64,000 bases of DNA from Minisyncoccota bacterium (GTDB lineage Bacteria > Patescibacteriota > Minisyncoccia > Phycocordibacterales > UBA9973). Made by a program: the position numbers and the translations under genes. Each line of letters starts with the position of its first letter. Position 1 is the first letter of the stretch. The stretch covers positions 17,116-81,115 of the forward strand of contig JBAYHJ010000003.1 of assembly GCA_041666225.1 (NCBI GenBank), read 5' to 3'. Of the stretch, positions 59,799 to 64,000 are shown in pieces. The notes beneath the pieces were generated by a model that made no database searches, was not told the DNA's origin, and saw nothing but the letters and a program-made list of their open reading frames with translations.

Positions 59799-59882
59799 TA
59801 ATTAAATGTAAGTCGTGTATTTAATTTATATATCAATACACGACATATATTATATTATTAGTTAATAAATTATTAAAAATAC

Positions 59883-60698
59883 ATGAAAAAAATATTAATA
59901 TCGATGGGTTTAATGTCTCTTATGTTTACAATAGCTATTGTGGGGTTTGGAAGTAATGCCACACAAGCTGCATATACAGCATCTGATGTGTCAGCACACA
60001 ATACACAATCAGATTGTTGGATGATTATTAATGGCAACGTCTACAATTTAACTACTTTTGTAAATACACATTCAGGTGGTAGTGCTGTCATAATCGGACA
60101 ATGTGGAAAGGATGGAACAGCTACCTTTAACAGTGGACCACATAGGTCAAGTACACTCAATGCAATTAGTTCTCTAAAGCTTGGACCTCTAACCACGACA
60201 CCTACTCCCACACCAACCCCAGATACACCATTGATACTCACTAGTGTAGTTATAACACCGACTTCACCCGTAGTAAAAATAAATGGAACACTACAAATTG
60301 TAGTAACTCCAAAAGATCAGAATGGGGCACCTGTCAATGGAGTAGTCACAACTTATGCTTCCAGTAACCATAATGCTGCAATCATAAATAATGCGACTGG
60401 TCTAGTAAAAGGAGTTGCTCTTGGTACAACAACAATAACTACAACCTCAATCAAGGACGGTAAAACTATTACAAGTAGTATTATTGTAACCATATCTGAT
60501 ACAATAGTGCCTACTCCAATTCCTACCCCAACACCTACGCCAACACCCAAATATGATGATAGTAATGATGACGATGAGAGTGAGTATGAAGATTATGAAG
60601 ACGATGATGAAGATGAGGATTTTTATGAACAATCCTATAAGAATCATGAAAATGAAAATAGAGACTATAATAAAAACTACGAAGATGATGATGAATAA
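59883..60698 (+). CDS. Secreted cytochrome b5-like heme-binding + Ig-like (Big_2) protein with acidic tail
   Basis: HN..DCWMIINGNVYNLT.F...HSGG..CGKDGT..F...H; PT linkers. Confidence 0.8.
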   Translation: MKKILISMGLMSLMFTIAIVGFGSNATQAAYTASDVSAHNTQSDCWMIINGNVYNLTTFVNTHSGGSAVIIGQCGKDGTATFNSGPHRSSTLNAISSLKLGPLTTTPTPTPTPDTPLILTSVVITPTSPVVKINGTLQIVVTPKDQNGAPVNGVVTTYASSNHNAAIINNATGLVKGVALGTTTITTTSIKDGKTITSSIIVTISDTIVPTPIPTPTPTPTPKYDDSNDDDESEYEDYEDDDEDEDFYEQSYKNHENENRDYNKNYEDDDE

Positions 60699-60713
60699 AA
60701 TATAAACATCAAA

Positions 60714-60755
60714 TAAAAAACCCGCCACAACCTTACAGGTTGTGGCGGGTTTTTT
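60714..60755 (+). terminator. Intrinsic terminator
   Basis: AAAAAACCCGCCACAACCT-TAC-AGGTTGTGGCGGGTTTTTT. Confidence 0.8.
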
Positions 60756-60812
60756 ATATTTTAATCTTTAATTCTTTTTCTTCACTACCACTTAGATAAC
60801 ATGCATCTCTGA

Positions 60813-60837
60813 AGTAGCAAGGACGGTCCTTGCTACT
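60813..60837. repeat. REP-like palindrome AGTAGCAAGGACNGTCCTTGCTACT, copy 1
   Basis: Perfect 12-bp arms. Confidence 0.85.
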
Positions 60838-60922
60838 ACTTGCTACTAAGTAATGCATACATACTAAAAATATTGAACCCATAGAAAATTATTTGAAAAA
60901 TAAGGTATAATAAGAAAATTAT

Positions 60923-61312
60923 ATGATGACAGTAAAGACAAAAATAGATAAAAGCAGTATCCATGGAATTGGTTTATTTGCTGATGAATTTATTCCAAAA
61001 GGAACAAAAATTTGGGAATTTACACCTGGATTTGATTTAAAATTTACACCCGAACAAATAAAAGAATTACCAAAAGCAGTGCAAGAATATTTAGGAATAT
61101 ATGCTTGGCTTAGTAAGAAAAGTGGTATGTATTGTTTTTCTTCAGATAACGGAAAATATTTTAATCATTCAAAGAATAACAATGTTCAATCCTATTATCT
61201 TGAAGGACATCATGAAGTCATAACTTATGCCTTACGTGATATTAAGAAGGGAAAGGAATTACTGGATGATTACAATTCTTTTGAAGAAGGTTTTAAGGAA
61301 TATAAATTATAA
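60923..61312 (+). CDS. SET domain protein
   Basis: SSIHGIGLFA, YFNHS, ALRDIKKGKELLDDY. Confidence 0.9.
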   Translation: MMTVKTKIDKSSIHGIGLFADEFIPKGTKIWEFTPGFDLKFTPEQIKELPKAVQEYLGIYAWLSKKSGMYCFSSDNGKYFNHSKNNNVQSYYLEGHHEVITYALRDIKKGKELLDDYNSFEEGFKEYKL

Positions 61313-61391
61313 TATATTTTAATGAGTACCGAAAAATATTTAATAAAACAAAAAATGTTTATCAAGAAACTAGATATTGAACTAAGTTTTA

Positions 61392-61415
61392 AGTAGCAAG
61401 ACGGTCATTGCTACT
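61392..61415. repeat. REP-like palindrome, copy 2 (degenerate)
   Basis: AGTAGCAAG-ACGGTCATTGCTACT. Confidence 0.75.
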
Positions 61416-61427
61416 ACTTTTATTTTA

Positions 61428-61772
61428 TTAAAAATTAAACTTATTAATTAATACTCCAATTTGCTCAGCTAGATCACGAGTCAAATCATCTTGAGAAGCT
61501 GCCGTATAGATATCTTCTAATGATTCAATGGCATACTCTTTATATTTTTCTGTTTTTGAATAAAGTAAAGCTATTTTAATTTCAGTTAAGAGGTTTATCC
61601 TATTTGATAATTCAGGATTGTCTCTCGCTTCTTTATCAGCATCATCATGACAATGATCAACATATTCTAATAAGAGCGCCTTTGTTTCTGGATCCTCAAT
61701 TCCTTTGGTATTTAGAGCATCTATAACTTGTTGTTCTGTAACTCCTTCTGGTGACTTAAATGATTCAATCAT
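61428..61772 (-). CDS. Hypothetical acidic helical protein
   Basis: ORF only. Confidence 0.55.
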   Translation of the reverse strand: MIESFKSPEGVTEQQVIDALNTKGIEDPETKALLLEYVDHCHDDADKEARDNPELSNRINLLTEIKIALLYSKTEKYKEYAIESLEDIYTAASQDDLTRDLAEQIGVLINKFNF

Positions 61773-61849
61773 GGTCTTAATTATATCAGTTTTTAGAATA
61801 AAAATAAAAAAATGTTTTAAATTGATAAGATTTTAGTTAAAAGTAAATT

Positions 61850-62617
61850 TTATATTCTATCATCGTCAAAAAATTCATAATAAGACAAAACACCTATTGC
61901 TCCCATGATAAACCAAAAGAAAAATTCTTCAAAAGGGAAAGTATACCCGAAAAGATTTACCCAACCCAAAAAGTTAGTACCAGGGAACGTCCATTGATTA
62001 AGTTGTAATCCTGTAATTTCGAATAGAGTGGCAAGCAAGAAAAAGTAAGAAGCAACTTTGATGTATTTAGATAAAAGTCTTGGAAAGAAAGACAAAAAAG
62101 TAACTGTTGGTAAAACAAAGAAAATAGTTCCGAGCCAGAAATAAGCATAAGGAATGATTAGTAGATTGGGTTTAGTAAGTAAAACAGTAAAGAAAATCAG
62201 TAATAAAACAACTAGCGGCCAGATTAGATATTTCATTTTCTTGTCTATTAATTCATGTTTTCCTTTATCAAGAAAATGTTCATAAAAAATAACAATACTA
62301 TAAATAAGAAAGAATCCCCAGATTAAGTCCTCGACAGGTACAAGCCCAAATAAACGAAATGGAAAAACGGTTAAAGGAACAAACCAAGAATGATCTAATA
62401 TGGCAATATAATCTGCAAAAAACCCAAGTGGAATTGCAAGAATCAAAGAAAAGATAAGAGTTTTCTTTATTTGTGATGGTGTTCTAATAGATAACCATAA
62501 TGATGGTAATCCAAAAAATAATAAAATAGAAGTTAAAAAATTTACTTTAAAAATTAAAGATAATACAACAGATAATAACGGAAATAGTATAAGTAAGAAA
62601 ATATCCAATTTTTTCAT
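61850..62617 (-). CDS. Membrane protein with duplicated lycopene-cyclase-like domains
   Basis: Two repeats W.....G..P.E(D/E)..(W/F). Confidence 0.55.
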   Translation of the reverse strand: MKKLDIFLLILFPLLSVVLSLIFKVNFLTSILLFFGLPSLWLSIRTPSQIKKTLIFSLILAIPLGFFADYIAILDHSWFVPLTVFPFRLFGLVPVEDLIWGFFLIYSIVIFYEHFLDKGKHELIDKKMKYLIWPLVVLLLIFFTVLLTKPNLLIIPYAYFWLGTIFFVLPTVTFLSFFPRLLSKYIKVASYFFLLATLFEITGLQLNQWTFPGTNFLGWVNLFGYTFPFEEFFFWFIMGAIGVLSYYEFFDDDRI

Positions 62618-62731
62618 TTTATAACGAAAATTTATTATTTATAACATGCTTTTATATAGTAATTTATTTATAACACTGTTAATTATATCACTTAAGTTAA
62701 TTTAGGCTAATACAACTCAAGTGTTTTATAT

Positions 62732-62923
62732 TTATAAATTTTGGTAGTAGAAAGGACAGGTAGTAGCAAGGACAGTCCTTGCTACTATTGAAATTGAAAA
62801 TTTATATTCTTCAAGTTGTTTATTATATTCTTGTTTTATTGATTCCTCAATTCTACTTTTTATCCAAAGAGATAAAAGCCATTGAATAAGACCTAGACCA
62901 AGAATTATAAAAATTGTATTCAT
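62732..62923 (-). pseudogene. Probable truncated gene whose 3' end runs through a REP-like palindrome
   Basis: IVARTVLATT is encoded by the palindrome at 62761-62787. Confidence 0.4.
62761..62787. repeat. REP-like palindrome, copy 3
   Basis: TAGTAGCAAGGAC-A-GTCCTTGCTACTA. Confidence 0.85.
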
Positions 62924-63453
62924 TATTTAATTATACCATTTTTAAGATTTCTATACCCAATTACTGCAAATGGTAAAGATATTATCTGTAATATAGATAT
63001 ATAATAAGTTCCTAAAATATATCCATAATATATAAGGACTAGATGACCTAAAATATACAGAATCCAACCTATTGGTTTTCTGAGAACTAAAAATACAGCA
63101 CCAATGGAAAATAATATAACCATTAAATTTTCTAAAATCCAATTTGGAGACCTTAGATTTAAAAAGAATACAATAATTATTCCTATCAAAGTAAGAAAGC
63201 TCATTAAAATAGTTATTTTGTTTTGAAGTTTATTATTTTTCTTCCATGCAAACATTCCAAAAATAAAAATTATTCCACTTGTTATCTCAAGAATAGAATA
63301 CGAAAATGATCCTTTGTGTAAGGTAACAATAGTAAAAGCAATTGATCCCAGAAAACCCAATATCCAACCAACTCTTTTATTTAGACTTAAAAATATCTTC
63401 TGTGAGAAGTATAAGATTGAACCTATAATTTCTATTACAACAAAAATATTCAT
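62923..63453 (-). CDS. PnuC-like membrane transporter
   Basis: Two repeats of ..K..GWIL..LG within TM bundle. Confidence 0.5.
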   Translation of the reverse strand: MNIFVVIEIIGSILYFSQKIFLSLNKRVGWILGFLGSIAFTIVTLHKGSFSYSILEITSGIIFIFGMFAWKKNNKLQNKITILMSFLTLIGIIIVFFLNLRSPNWILENLMVILFSIGAVFLVLRKPIGWILYILGHLVLIYYGYILGTYYISILQIISLPFAVIGYRNLKNGIIK

Positions 63454-63518
63454 AATTTAATTGCATGTAGATAGGGTCTTAACCCTTATCTGTGTAATTA
63501 TATATCTTATTTTCAAAG

Positions 63519-63589
63519 CTACGGGACTAGGACTCGAACCTAGATACACAGTTCCAGAAACTGTGGTCCTACCATTAGACGATCCCGTA
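63519..63589 (-). tRNA. tRNA-Gln (CTG)
   Basis: TACGGGA/TCCCGTA acceptor, ACAGT-TTCTGGA-ACTGT, GGTTCGAGTCC. Confidence 0.95.
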
Positions 63590-63678
63590 ATATCAACCTC
63601 AACTTCAATATATTACCATAAAATGCTAAAAAATACAGATTTGAAAACAATGGATTTTTAAGGTACAATAACCCTTAT

Positions 63679-64000
63679 ATGAATGAAGATAAAAATCAAG
63701 GAGTAGATATTGAGGAGGTAAAATTACAAATGATTCGGGATGAATTTCATGATGGTATTGATAGTGTTGATAAAATTAACCCATCAGTTACATTCTATGG
63801 TTCAACTCGCATAGAAGAGAATAATCCTAATTATGAAAAAGTTAGGAAGTTATCTTTCAGAATAGCCAAAGAGCTAGGTTACGCTGTTTTATCTGGTGGA
63901 GGTCCAGGAATCATGGAAGCTGCTAATAGAGGTGCTTTTGAGGCTGGTGGGAGGTCTATAGGGCTGACTATCAAGCTTCCAAATGAACAGATAAACAACC
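63679..64000 (+). CDS. LOG family protein (TIGR00730-like), runs off window
   Basis: VTFYGSTR, SGGGPGIMEAANRGA. Confidence 0.88.
   Translation, partial: MNEDKNQGVDIEEVKLQMIRDEFHDGIDSVDKINPSVTFYGSTRIEENNPNYEKVRKLSFRIAKELGYAVLSGGGPGIMEAANRGAFEAGGRSIGLTIKLPNEQINN

Noticed and set aside
63461-63661. 66-aa ORF
   Set aside because: Antisense to tRNA-Gln.
1-64000. Alternative genetic code (UGA=Gly)
   Set aside because: Long genes are intact under code 11 and the one broken gene is a frameshift, not readthrough.

Overview
AT-rich bacterial chromosomal window, genetic code 11. Gene content and style (reduced housekeeping set, little Shine-Dalgarno signal, many apparently leaderless starts, Cys-rich and PaaX/Cas2-like families) point to a Patescibacteria/CPR (Parcubacteria-like) genome; this is inferred, not searched. 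It carries rbfA, tRNA-Cys/Leu/Gln, secG, rnj, rpsF-ssb-rpsR, tatD, metG, glyQS, recO, ileS (T-box, inserted His-phosphatase domain), argS, a 7-kb pyrimidine/folate cluster, a MacAB-type transporter, three ECF sigma modules and several surface proteins. No CRISPR array, integrase or transposase was seen. Best leads: (1) a thymidylate-synthase homolog with Asp at the dUMP/dCMP specificity site, head-to-head with a deaminase and next to folA and glyA, suggesting a dCMP-methylation route; (2) a wHTH+PaaX/Cas2-like gene in opposite orientation inside that cluster, bracketed by two 48-50 bp perfect palindromes sharing a 14-bp core; (3) an unannotated ~90-110 nt structured element 12 nt upstream of two unrelated start codons; (4) palindromic elements inserted in frame in housekeeping proteins; (5) readable ECF promoter regulons.
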